From the NCBI RefSeq assembly GCF_009834535.1, contig NC_045696.1:2358001-2422000 (forward strand): a stretch of 64,000 nt of DNA. Reading direction: 5' to 3'. Below, piece after piece: positions 38,435 through 51,323 of this stretch (its first letter is position 1; every line of letters starts with the position of its first letter). This DNA comes from Camelus ferus (lineage: Eukaryota). Below the pieces are notes generated by a model. That model saw nothing but the letters and a program-made list of their open reading frames with translations. It had not been told where the DNA came from and searched no databases. The position numbers were made by a program, and so were the translations under genes.

Positions 38435-39774
38435 AGTGGCGTCAGGCTCTCTTGCTCGTGAAGGACAGTTACTGGTTCCTCTGACACGGCGAGCACAGTC
38501 CAAAGCCCAGTAAATCTTTGTTTTCTTCCTTTTCTTGGTTTTTTTGTTTTTTGAAGTTTTCTTTTGAACTGTAGTTGATCTATAATGAATAAATCTTTTG
38601 AAAGTTCGTCTTACTTGCTGTCTTTAGAGTTATTTGTTGTCGTAGTCGAATAAAAACAAGGACTGTAAGGCCCAGGATGTGTGACCCCTGAGTTATGTGT
38701 GGAATTAGTTTACCTTAGAAATGGAAATTTGTCTTAGAATTTGGTGTGTATTTTAGGCAGATGAGTCTATAATTTATTACAGAAGAGGAAAATAAAACCC
38801 AGAGAGTTCCCTGAGAACCAATACATGCTTCCTGGTGCCTGGTGGTGGTGCGGCTGCAGAATCCTAGACGCCGCAACTGCTTCGGCCTAAAAGAGCGTGT
38901 TAGAGCTGGCTTGTTCTACCCATGTGCTTTTAGGTGGATCTGCTGTATGAAATATACTAGAAAATGAGAATCTCTGGTAATTTTTAAAAGATTAGGAAAC
39001 AAAAGATTTCATTATTTCTTTTAATAATTGGTTCCTACGTTTATCAATTGTCCCACTAGGAAATTTGATGTGTTTTAAAGAACATGGACTTTGAACTCAT
39101 TAGACTCATTGAAATGACAGCTTTTCTACTTGGGAACTTACCTTTTAGGATCCCTCTTTTCTGACCTGCAGAATGGGGATTTCTACCTCAAGGGTCTTTT
39201 TTTTTTTTTCCCCAAGGGTCTTAATGTGTATTAAAATGCAATAATGCCCAGACCAACACCTAACGTAGTAGGTGTTAAATAGGTGTTAGTGTCCCTTTTA
39301 ATTTATAACCTAAATCTTTTTGCCACAATGAAAGCTCATTTCCTTTTAATTCGTTTGACCCGAAGGTGGCAAGTTGCTTTCAAGTATTCGGACTTCTTTG
39401 ATCCAGAACACAGGACCAGTTGCTGTTAATCACCCCTGACTAAGTCATCTCATTTCCTTTAACCTCTGCCGGGTTTCATTTTCCTACCCTTTATTCAGCT
39501 GCACAGCTGGCTTGTTCCCAGGCTTTCTCCAGATTCTTTACATTCCTCTGCAGCTGCAGAACTGGCAGGAACTGTAGCAAATGGCTGATGAGGACAGAGC
39601 GTTGTGGGAGGATGACCGTGTGTTATGTAACTGTTCGTTCAAACTCGTGCTTTGCTCACATTTCTAACTTTTTAGTGCTGCACTTCCTACCTGTATTTAC
39701 AATGTTGAATAGGGATGTAGGCATTTGCCTCCCATCTCACATTTATTTGGTTTGTTTAAGTAATATCAAACATT

Positions 39775-40060
39775 GAAGTTCTACCCAACTTGTATCTTTA
39801 GCCCAAACCTCTCTCCCAAACTCCGGACCAGGTGTCTGCCTGACGTTTCCACATGGAACCTCACGCACTCAGACTCAGCGTGTTTAGGCTGAGCTCCTCC
39901 CCTCCCCGCTAAGCTCTGCCCCGGCCTTTCCAGTCTTCGTTGTTTCCAGTTCCTCAGGCTTGTCAAGACCTTGGAGTGTCTCTTGTCTCCTTTCCTCTGA
40001 CACCCACATGCAGTGTGTTAGGAAACTCTCAAATACCTCCATCATCTGCTTTCAGAATGG
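39775..40060 (+). mobile_element. L2 fragment
   Basis: tatctttagcccaaacctctctcccaaactccggacc...tgcctgacgtttccacatgga...tgacacccacatgcagt. Confidence 0.7.
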
Positions 40061-40199
40061 CTCTACTTCCCGGGTGTAGCCACAGTTTGACCATGACTTT
40101 ATGACCTGGACTTGTGTCCCATCACCTGTTTAATGAACTTTGGTTGCCTCCTGCAGACCTTCTGATAGGCCATCCTTGCAGGCCAAGAATTGGGAGGCA

Positions 40200-43100
40200 A
40201 GGTTGTGGTGGAATAAGTCCCTGACCAACTCTCCTTACCGAAAATGGTCAAAATGTCAGTGAGATGTAAAAAGCGCTTTAAAAATGCTCCTCTGAGCTAG
40301 AAAAATAGGCATTATACTTCAGGGCACAAAAGCCAAATCAAAGTGAGATGCCAGAGAGGTTAACAGAGACCTGAGCTAACGCCTGCTTTGGGGGCGTTTG
40401 TCAGAATGACCTTTAGTTTCCATGTCCTCACAGGGTGTGGGAACAGGAAACAAAGCCCAGGGCCCACCCTAAGTGAGTAGCCTGCTGTGGGACTCCCAGA
40501 GGTGTTCACCAGCATTGCAAGAGCAAACTGAGGACCCGCTCCCACCCTGGGAGACTACGGGGGGACTGCCTGCTTTGACCTCAGGGACTGCGCACAATGG
40601 GCGGACGTCTCTTCTGAGAGGAACCTAGGCTACAGTGGAGGAAAAATGTCCTCTGAGAATTAATCACCGTAGATGGGTTGTCACGCAGCTTTGAAGCCTC
40701 AGTTCAAACCATCCGGGTGGTCCCCACTTACAGAACAATGCACGTCCTTTCTGGAGGATTCTTTGACTTCCACCAAGTCCTTAAAGAATTCTTACAGGTA
40801 AAATTCCAAGAATCAGAGCTCACATATTAAAAATCACAAAAAGCACAGAAAGTATCATTAGTGAAATAATAAGTAACATAGATTTGTAGAAGATTTCAGA
40901 TATAAGAATGATCAGGTTAATAGAAAATAAGTATGTTTAATATATTTAAACAAATAAAAAAAGGGATTAATATGTCAGTAAAGGGTAAGAATTATAGAAG
41001 TGACTGGGCAGATCAGAAAAAAGATCAAATAACATTTCTGGAAATGAACAATATAATGATCGCAATTATAAATTTACTTGAAAGCTTTAACAGCGTATTA
41101 TACACAGTTAAAGAGATAATTAGATTGATGTAGACAGATCTGAAGAAATCATCCAGAATGAAGCACGGAGACAGATGGAAAGCAGGAGCAGGCACACAGG
41201 CCCGAGACGCAGCGGGGAGCCTGGGAATTGAGCATATGACCAGTCAGAGTTCTGGAAGGAGAGAGAGTGGAGCAGAGTGACATTGGGAGAAGTAATGCCT
41301 GAGAAGTTTCCCAAACTTGTTTGCACTTAATATGAGAAGTCTGCCTAATTGTAAGCAGCACAAATGAAGACATATCTACACTAAGACACATTGTGGTGAA
41401 ATCTGCAGAGTGTGAGAGAAGGTCCTAGAGGCAGGCAGGCGGAAAGCAGCGTACCTGGGAGTTGGCCCCTGGACAGCGACAACGCGGTTTCTCAATCCCG
41501 AGAGAAGACACCTGTGAGCCCTTCCCCCAACAAGTGTCCTTCAGAACACGGGCGACATGAAGACGTTTCAGACGAACAAAAACTGAGAGTCTGTCACCCA
41601 GAGACCCCCCCTCAGCAGGAGATTCCAAAGGATGTGCTGCAGGAGGAGTTTAATCTCAGATGGAAGGGAGACGCGAGTAAGAATGGTGGTCAGAGAGGGA
41701 AGCAGAAGTATGGGTTACTCCGACACTGACTGTGGAAAGCAGACCACCGGGGGCCACAAGGGCAGAGTACCAGGAGCGGAGCAACAGTGCGTGCGCTGGG
41801 AACAGGTGGGCGGAGCCGCAGCTGTACCGGACCCGGCCTCTTTCCAGAGGGCAGAATAATGATTAATTTCAGACTTTGATAGTTAGTGTGCAAGTAACAT
41901 GGAGAAAACAGAAATAGAACGTACACCTGCAATGCTAATATAGGGTGAAATGGAACGTGAGAAATAATTCAAAAGATGACAAGAAAGAAAAAAGAAAAAA
42001 ATGAAAAGATATGCATAAGTTGAAATATATGTACAGTTAATTACAACTGTAAATAGACCAAGTGACCTAATTGAAAGATAGTTATGTCAGACTGGATTTA
42101 AAACAATCATCCGATTATGTTGTTTATAAGAGATTCATTTAAAACTGGATTATACATAAAGGTTGAGAATAAAAGGGAAACAGACTAGGTAGATTCTCAT
42201 CACCAGATCCTGTGTCACCAGGGTGTAATAATTCTGAACGTATATATGCACTTCCTTAAAGTCTCAGAACAACTGAAAAGAGCATAAGAAAGAATTCACA
42301 AATCCCCCACAATCAGGGACATTTTAACACACTTCAGTCAATACTTGATAGCTAAAAAAGACTAAAGAATTGATAAGGATATGAATGGTTTGCCTCACTA
42401 GATGCTTGGGAGAATTTACAAAAGTGCCTGTTTTCCGGGTTTCAAAGCAAGTCTCAAATGTTAGATGATCAGAATCATATGGAATATCTTTGACTACAAT
42501 ACAGTGGAGCTGGAAATTAGTAACAAAAAGAGAATTAGCAAATCCCACATATAGAAATCAAATAACCCAGGAATAAAAGAAGAAATCATAATAGAAATCT
42601 GATATTTTAAACTATATGATAAAATATTACATATCAAAAATGGTGCGTCTAAATCAGCATTTAGTAGAAAGTCTATTTAAAGAAGAAAGCAGAAAATGAG
42701 CTACACATCTACACAAGAACTTGAGAAGCTGAAACAACTCCAAGTACAACAAAGAAAACAAAGTAGAGATTAACAGACTTTTCTGGGCAGGTTCAATGGC
42801 AGATTTGAGCTGATAGGAGGAATCATCAAACTTAAGGCCAGATAAATAGTGATGATCCGGTCTGAAGAACAGAAACAAAAAAGAGCAAAGAAAAATGACG
42901 CTGGGAGACCCTGGGATGTCATCAAGCACATGGACATGAGTGGAGTGAGAGTCCCTGAGGGAGATGCTTGAGAGAAAGGGCAGAAAAAACATTTGAGAAA
43001 GTAACATCTGAAAGCAGTCTGACTTTGATGGAAAACAGTCCATACATCCAAGAAGTCACGTGAACTGCAAGTAGGGTTAGCACAAGGAGACCTTTACGTA

Positions 43101-44350
43101 GACACATGTAGACACATCATAGTCACAGTGTTAAAACTTAAGACCAAGAGAACGTCTCAGCATCAGCAACACACGTACAGGGGAACCACAGTGAGACGAA
43201 GAGCTCGCTGCTCTCCAGAAAGAGTGGCGCTAAAACAGAGGCGTGGTGTCTGCAGGTTCTGGAAGAAAAGACCACCTGCCAGGCGTTCTGTGTCCAGCTA
43301 AACTGCTCTTCAAAATGAAGGCAAAATGCATTCCTGGATAAACAAAGACAGGTTTTATTGCTCACAGGCATTCTTTACAAGAGAGGAATCTCTTCATAAA
43401 ATAATGCCATTTGCAGCAACATGGGTGGAACTGGAGATTGTCATTCTAAGTGAAGTAAACCAGAAATAGAAAGAAAAATACCATATGATATCGCTTTTAT
43501 GTGGAATCTTTAAAAAAAGAGACAAATGAACTTATTTACAAAACAAACAGTCACAGACATAGAAAACAAGTTTATGGTTACTGGGGGTGAAGGGGGTGGG
43601 AAGGGATAAATTGGGAGTTCGAGATTTGCAGATACTAACTACTATATATAAAATAGATAAACAGCAAGTTCATACTGTATAGCACAGGGACTATATTCAA
43701 TACCTTGTAGTAACTTATGGTAAAAAAGAATATGAAAACGAATATATGTGTGTTCATGTATGACTGAAGCATTATGCTGTGCACCAGAAATTGACACAAC
43801 ATTGTAAACTGACTGTACTTCAATAAAAATGTACATATACCAAAGAAAGAGAGAGAGAGAGAGAGAAAGAAAGAAAGAAAAGAAGAGAAGCTCTTAAAGC
43901 TGAGAGACGGTGAGCCCCGCACATCGCTGCGACCCCGAGGTGCTGGCAGAGGCTGCCCTGCTGGGTGCTGAGTGCAGTTCAGGTCGGGCCGGGGTTCCAG
44001 AGACGCTCTCCGATGAGACTGCCGTTGAAGAGTCTTGTGGTGGGAACGAGAGCTCTCACCCCACCTCGGTGCGTATCCAGAAAGGACCGAGAAAGGGATC
44101 TTGAAGAGATGTTTGCACACCCACGTTTACGGCAGCATTAGTCACAACAGCCGAGATAAGGAAGCGGCCTCAACATCCATCAGTAGACGAGTGGCTAAGG
44201 AAGATGTGGTCTAGACGTGCAGTGGGATGTTCCAGCCTCAGGAGGGAAGGACACTGTGACATAGGCCGCAGCACGGTTTAGCCTTGAGGATGTTACGCCG
44301 AGTGAAGTGCGCCAGTCGCAGAGAGACACGCCACCCGAGCTCACTTAGCA
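40200..44350 (+). mobile_element. Composite of sense-strand L1 remnants (5' region, two ORF1-like tracts, ORF2 endonuclease start, 3' pieces)
   Basis: A-rich + strand with L1 motifs: gatctgaagaaatcatccagaatgaagcac; gtcagactggattt; acattttaacacactt; tatccagaaag..gcagcattagtcacaacagcc. Confidence 0.8.
43396..43879 (+). mobile_element. Young cetartiodactyl/camelid L1 3' end with AATAAA and (GA)n/(GAAA)n tail
   Basis: aataatgccatttgcagcaacatgg...gggataaattgggagttcgagatttgcagatac...tatagcacagggactatattcaata...cttcAATAAA. Degenerate TSD candidates AAGAGAGGAATCTCTT (43379-43394) and AAGAAGAGAAGCTCTT (43880-43895). Confidence 0.9.
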
Positions 44351-46389
44351 GAGCTGTGTGCAGGGACCGGGCCGGTGGCCCCGGGCGCCCCGCGCTCTGC
44401 CGGCCGCGCCGTTCTGCCGCCTTTGCCAGCTCATCTCAGGTCACGCCGCTTGGTCATGCCTCTTGGGAGCTGCTTCTGCAGCTCCAGCCCACATCCAGTT
44501 CTCTCTCCTTTGCTTTCCTGTTTTACTTAGAGGCAAACTAATTTAACATTTTCTTGTTACCTCGTTTCATAACTGCCAGTCATCTCCAACTAGCCCGTCG
44601 TCTCTCTTCGGCAGGAACCAGATCCTAGGTGTCCTGAAGCTCCCGTTGGCAGGATCCTGCCTCTCGCAGGACATCCGCTGTGGCCCCATCTCCTTAGGGG
44701 CGGCTCTCCCGGGAGGGGCCGGCGCCGGGTCCCCCTCGGGCCGCGCAGCAGGCGGCTGGCCTTCCCTGTGCTCTTCACGGAACTGCGCGACTGGGGCTCC
44801 GAGGTGCTTCTGAGCCCCTAGCCCTGCACCCGGGCCTCGGGTCTCTCTGCTGCGGCCTGCAAGCAGGTGGTGGCTGCCTGCCTCTGACCCAGCGTCACCT
44901 CAGCACTCTGCCCGTTCTGGACGTACCTCAGGGTGACCCCAGCCTCGACTCAGTTGGGCCCCCATGTCAGCCTTTAGTGGCACAATGGGCTTGGGGCGAG
45001 GAAGGTCAGCCCTGGACTTGGTTTCTGCAGGGCTGCTGCTCTGGCTGGCTCGGCGTGTTCCTGCCAGCTTCCCTGCAGCAGGCCTTCGAAGGCCCTGCCC
45101 CTCGGGCAGCGCAGGCTGCGGCAGTCACAGCGGTGGTCTCCGGGCAGGCACGTGGTCTGGGCCGGGCCAGCGGTGTCTCTAGGAGTGTTCTGGCTGGAAC
45201 TGCTGAGGACTAGTGTCCCCACCTGGGCCGGGGAGCTGCTCGGGGTGGCCGCAGAGCTGCCCGTGGCTGGCTGCCTGGCCAGCTCAGGTGCTGACGCAGG
45301 AGAAACAGAAAGCTGGCTTCACCATGCCCTTTCCAGAGCTTGGTTATTTAGCTTTTTCTCAAATTTTGAGTTACTCTAGCATCGTCTATGAAGAGCAATT
45401 CTTGTTTTTCTAGCCTTAGTTTACGCACCTTTTTCTTTTCAGTTAGGGCAGTGGGCCTCCCTCCCCTCCCTCACATCGGCGATGTCACTTTCTCTTTTCC
45501 ATGGCACCAGCCGCCTTCTGACGTACTGGGTGATCCCTCTGGTGCTCGTTGTCTGTGCCACGCTGGAGTGAGAGCGCCAAGAGGCAGGCATCTTTGTTTG
45601 GCTCACGGATGATCCCAGGCACCGGTGACACAGGAGGTGCTCAAAACACGTTTCCGGTGAGTGAATGAAAGACGTCAGTGTATGCCGCTGTGCGTCCTCT
45701 CACACGGAGATGAAAATCCCTTCTTTGGAATTCGGTATGTCACGGAGGATGCTTGGCATTGGGTTGTGTGTATTTGGTGCCGTGCACAGGGGAAGGCTGA
45801 GGTTTGGATAGCTGGTGGAGCTCAGTGCATGCCTTCGGCGCTCCTGTCGGCCCAAACGTGTCCTGCAGGGGGCGTGGTTCTGGTGAGCTTCATCCTGATT
45901 ACACGAACAAGGATGCTGACTGTGTGGTCAAAAAGCAAAATGTTTAAGGTCTTTATTTACAGAGATTTTCAACATAAATGTTTTACTGAATTGGTTAAAT
46001 ATTTCTCCTACTTTTGCATTAGCCCAGTGTTGAGGCTGTTAGTGCAACAGATGTGGAATTTGTCTTTAAAAACAAAAACCAAAAAACCCTCTCAAACACT
46101 ATTGACCTGAGAGTTGTTGGACCTGAGAAGGTCCAGCAGGACAAGTCAGCCTTCCTGCAGGGGACTGGGAGCTTGTTCTCTTGGACTAGTCACACCTCAC
46201 ACAACAGTCTAAACAAGAAACAGTCTAAATGTTTGATTTTCAGCTGTTGATAGAATTGAGTGGTCAAATGACTATTTCATATCTTGAAGGACGGCAGAGC
46301 ACATTTGACTTACATATGTCAAATCCGGCAAGCTGGGAACAACTGAAAGTTTACTGTAGTCTGATCGAGGTGTAACAACTCGTAGCCAC

Positions 46390-46720
46390 AATTTAGAAAG
46401 GGGAGCTCGTTTAACATGGAAAGATGAGTTTGGTGTGTGAGACGTGCTCAGTTTGAGGTAACGATAAAATACATATATCCGAATGGAACTGTCTAAGAAA
46501 TCACTGGAGCTGAGAAACATGGAGTTCATATGATAAGCCAGAGGCATGGGCTGGGAGTTGTTCTTGGAGACGTAGCAAAGCGCATGACTTGGGGGTGGAG
46601 GTGGCCGTGCAGCTGGGCTGGCTCTCCCAGGGCGGCGGGGAGGAGGCCTGAGCCCCGAGGAGGGGTCTCCAGGAGCCTGGAGTCAGGAGAGGCTGGCCAG
46701 GCAGAGAGCATGGGCCCAGC
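46390..46720 (-). mobile_element. L2 fragment
   Basis: gatgagtttggtgtgtgagacgtgctcagtttgagg...tggaactgtctaag. Confidence 0.55.
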
Positions 46721-46739
46721 CCCTCTCGGGTGGTTCCTA

Positions 46740-46880
46740 GTGTTTGTCTCTGGGTGAGTCCCTTAAATTACATGATAATCAGGCTTGTCATCCACAAAAT
46801 AGAACTACAAATGTTCTTTCTTCCTGCCTCAAAGGGTGGCTGTGAGAATTTAGTGGAACAATAAATGGAAGTGCTTTATA
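46740..46880. mobile_element. MIR fragment
   Basis: tgggtgagtcccttaa...tcatccacaaaatag...ctgcctcaaagggtggctgtgagaattta...gtgcttta. Confidence 0.7.
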
Positions 46881-48321
46881 CATTTTTAGAAAAGGAGAAA
46901 ATAGTTATTTGAGAGGAAGGGAGTCTAATAGTATCAGATACAACTTGGCAATCAATATGGCTTGACAGGAGTGGAGGAAAGGCTGGGACAGCAGAGAATC
47001 ATCGGTGACGTTCGGCAGGGTTTTCTGTGGAGCAGAGTTAAGACCGGGGGCGTGAGGAGGGCTTGGGAAGGGAGAGCCGTGGGAGGGGAGCGCTGCCGGG
47101 GCGGGGCTTCGTTAGTGAGACGAGGGTCTGGTGTGTTGGTGTCAAGGCTGTCAGGGGTAATCAGGTCCTAGCTTTCAGGTTTCCGATTTCAGATAGAAAG
47201 GAAATAACCGCAAGCAAGAGTTGCTGTGCGTCTACTTCAAAACGCGCTGCGGCCGTGACATTTTCTCGGGTGAGGAGTTACTTTCTCCTAGAGTTAAATG
47301 GTGACTTCTTTTCTGGCATTAGAGGAGGTTGCTAAAATGTAATGCTTGCTTCATTTTTGGTGGTTTGTTTTAATATAGTCTAACATTAGATTAATTTTTA
47401 TAATCACCCTTTCTGTATGAATTCTGCGTTATTTTTGAAGAAAAGATGTCAGTTAAGTATTTCTCATTAACTCACTGATGGAAGGTCCAGTGCTTAGGAC
47501 TACTGTTCTTTACAGGGTCATTAAAGCTCAGCTAATGAAATTTCCCATATGACTTGTGAGCCTTCCAGCCGTGAGCACATTCTACTGGTCACATTAGTTA
47601 TGTAATATCTTGGAAGCTGTTTTATTCAGGAATCAAAAGGAACTCTTTAGAAGATGAAAACTGGGGAATTAGCATTTATCAAATATTTGCTGGGTTATAT
47701 TTCTAGACATAAATATAATATTTTAAGTGCTGAAGTTGTAGAGAAAAACATCCACGTGCCAAGGTCAAATGGTTCCGGCAGAGATCCTGGCTGAACTTGG
47801 AGGGACACAGCCAGAGCATCTCCTTGTCTTGCCTGCGTCACCTGCCCGGCCAGAATGTCCCACCAGGCCACAGGGGCTTATGCAGAGCAGGGGCAGTGCC
47901 ATGGCCACTGCGGCTTCAGCTCAGGAACAACTCAGAAGGCAGGGACCCCTCCCTGCATTTAACCTGGGAAGGTGCCCATTAGAGTTCTGCTTACGTTATG
48001 TGCAGGTCACAGGGTTCTTCAGAGTCATTGCGCACAGCTGGGTCAGATCATAGCACTCGGAGACTCTGACCGCTGTCTCACGGGCAGAACTGCCCTGCAC
48101 AGTGCTGAGGCTCATACAGTTCCTGAGCCTGCTCTGGCTTGGATTAGCAGCCACGCTGCCTTTCTTCCGTGATTTACCCAGTTGTGTCTGTATGTGCTGT
48201 GGTGGTGTCCACACTCTGTCTTCTTCCTCGTGTCGAGCTACTCAGGGCTTCACTCTCCCTTTCTTGGACCACGTGACACGGGGATAGGGGCCCTAACCTC
48301 CAGTAGGGGCTTTTGTGGAAA

Positions 48322-48506
48322 TGCATGTGCACACACACACACACACACACTACAAACACGCACACTTACATGCACACACATATACACACACACTTACACA
48401 CGGGTACACATACACATGCACAGAGGTGCACACACATACATGCGTGCACACGTGCACATGCACACACATACGCACATACACTACACACGTATGCACACAC
48501 ACACAC
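48322..48506. repeat. Long degenerate (CA)n / alternating purine-pyrimidine microsatellite
   Basis: About 185 nt of cacacaca..tacac..tgcac; the source of the His/Thr-rich spurious ORFs at 48182-48761. Confidence 0.95.
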
Positions 48507-51287
48507 CTGTGCCCTGACAGTCGAGCTTGGGTCCCCACCCACAGAGGCTGTAGTTTGATTGACTGGGAGTGGGACCAGGCATCAGGGTTCTCACACCTTC
48601 CCGGCGACTCTCGTGTCAGACAGGGCCAGGTGATCGGCCTGAGGCAGCCCTGGCAGTCTTGTCGTTGTGCCAGTGACTGGTTTCAGATCACGGTAAATCC
48701 ACTCAGTGCGTGGCATCCTTCTGCCCTCAGTCGCTGGTCTGGAAGTGGACGCGTGAGCTAAGTTCGGCCCATCTGGACCCCAGGGATGGTGGGGAGGTGG
48801 TTCCTTCGCCGGGTGTGGACAAGGAAGCATGCAGCCCTGAGTGCTGGCCGCCCCTCCCCGTGAGCGAGGTGCCAGCCTTCTGTGATGCGCGGGGGCGGAG
48901 CGGGGAGGAGAGCACACCCAGGCCTGTGGGGACGTGGAATGTAGCCCTCCTCCTGGGCTTGGTGGGACGTAACACGTGGGTCTGAGTGGTAGTTTCGTCT
49001 TTCTAGCTGAAGTGGTCTGATTCACTATTTCTGTTGTAAACACAATAAAATTTCCCACGTCAGTTCCAAGTTTGATGACACGCAGAAGAGACATAAAGGT
49101 GTGCTAGATGGAGGTAACGTCTGCATCTGCTTAAAAGCATATCCTGCCAGCATCAACTTACCTGCTCTTCTCTTCTTGACAAGTGTGGAGACTGAGCAGA
49201 GCCCCTGCATGTGCTGGGCGGTGGAGGTTGGGGGGTGAGGAGTGTGGACCCTCCAGGGTGCTGGTGGAGGTCGGGGGCGGGGGATGTGGACCCTCCTGGT
49301 GCTGGTGCTGCTCTTGGTGGCCCCCCTTCATCTGTGCACAATGACCGTGACGTCTGCTCCAGAGCCACCCCAAGGACTCAGGCAGTCCATCCACCCAGAG
49401 CACCCAGCACCGCCCCGGGCACAGGGCCAGGTCAAACCACTGAAACTGCCAGGATTTGTGCATTTTGAACCTATAAAAGTGACGGTTTCACAGGATTTAG
49501 CTGAACAGATTTTTGATAATGGTGACTGTTACCAGTAACGAGTGAAAATTGGGGACTGGGGATGTCATCAGAATAATTAAAAGAACTATTTTGGCTTCAA
49601 ATAATGATCAGTGAAATTTTTTTTTTTAAGTGGAGTTAAGTTATGTTTCACTTCACATGATGTAAAACCTCAGCCAAAGAAGTAACTTACATGTTTAATT
49701 TTCAAAACTGTGTACAGAGCGCTTAATTCTTAGGAGGACAGATTCTAACTGTATCACTCTATTAAAAGGTTTAGCATCACCAAGGCAGGTTTCATCTCTG
49801 AGAGGTGGCGGTGGAGGGCTGCCTTCTGTGTACTGCTTTGTCGAAGGTGTGTGGCGGGCCTGGGCAGCAGCGGAACGCGCGGGCACACCTCGTTCTCTCG
49901 TGCACCTGCTGCGTGACCTGCCGCTGGGCTAGGCCTGTGCTCGCTGCACCTCGTTCGGTCTTAATGGCAGGTGTATTTTGTACACACAGATGCCGGGCTC
50001 ATGGAGGTGAAGAGGGTCTCTGAGGCCGCACAGCGAGGAGTGTGCGCTCTGGCGGAGCTGATTCAATGCGAGTTTAATGCTGTGGACAGTCACGGCAGTG
50101 TCAAATGAACCGTGTAACCTTAGCTGCTCCTCCACCTGGAAATTTCCGTCACTGAGCTCTGGGCCCAGGAGGGCGGGGGGCCCATCTGCGGTGGGGGGCA
50201 CGTGGGAATCTGGAAGAGACTTTTGAGTTAGGGTTTGAATGTCCTTAGGACCTGCCGCTGCCTTTCAGTCTGCCGCTCCCAGCCACTCTTCACTACAGAC
50301 AGGATGAAAGGTCCTTTAGGAATGTTCTTATTCTGCGCCAGGGGCCTCACGGTCCCCTCCGTCATCCTTCTGGGTCACGGAGAAGCGCTTCCTGCTTATT
50401 TGGCAGGCCTGCTTGACAGCAGTGTCTCATTTCTGTTTGGCCTAAAAAGATTCCCCCCGAGCGAACACGCAGCACCGGGTGCGCAGGCACTTTGTAAGTG
50501 GCGGCTTGCGGGCAGGGGTAAGCTGTTTTCGTCGTCAGTCTCCTTCTGGAAAGAGTCGGGCCTGCAGGGTGGCCGTTGCTGCGCGTGGCCCTGTGGCAGT
50601 TGGTATCAGCTCCTCCCGCCACGCAGCTGGGGAGCCCAGCGTCTTCTCCATTCCTGAAGGGCGGCTGAGCGCCCAGGTGACGGGTGTGTTTCTCACGCAG
50701 GTTTATGGGTCTCCGTGGAAACGCGCAGGCTTTGAAATGAGTTGCTCTTAGCTCATTGTGAAGGGCTGGCCCGGCAGCGCCTAGAAGAGGGGCTCGCGGG
50801 TCCGCACGAGGCGCTGCGCTTCCGTTCGCTGTGGCCCTTGTCAGCGGCTGACCACCTGTTACCAGGGTTGTGCTGTAAACACTGTGACGTTTGGAAACTG
50901 CCAAACCCTGGAGGTCCAGACATTTTGAGTCTGATTCTTAAACTAGAAAGAAAATATGAACAGGCTGTTTTTTAAAGGGGCTTGGTTAGAAGTGAGGAAG
51001 GGGAGGGGGCCCTCTCATGGCTCCTGCATGTGGATCGCCCTCTGCACCCCCGGGCTCTCGGTCCTGGGTGGAGAAGGAAGTGGAGCCGGATGCCCAGAGC
51101 CCTGCAGGCCCTCCTCAGCCGCTCTCTGAGCAGGAGAGAGGCGAGCAGCTCCGACCTGGCCATTTCCTGGCAGTCCCGAGCGGGGCAAGAAAGGCTTCTG
51201 CTTCCCAGCAGGGAGAACCAAGATCTGTCCGGCAGACTGCTGGCTTCCTCCCTGAGGCCGAGCCTTGGGACTCTGGGATCTTCCAGG

Positions 51288-51323
51288 GTGCGTGCGTGCG
51301 TGTGTGTGTGTGTGTGTGTGTGT
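51288..51323. repeat. (GTGC)3(GT)n microsatellite
   Basis: gtgcgtgcgtgcgtgtgtgtgtgtgtgtgtgtgtgt. Confidence 0.9.

Noticed and set aside
48182..48761. His/Thr-rich and Cys/Val-rich ORFs
   Set aside because: Translations of the (CA)n microsatellite.
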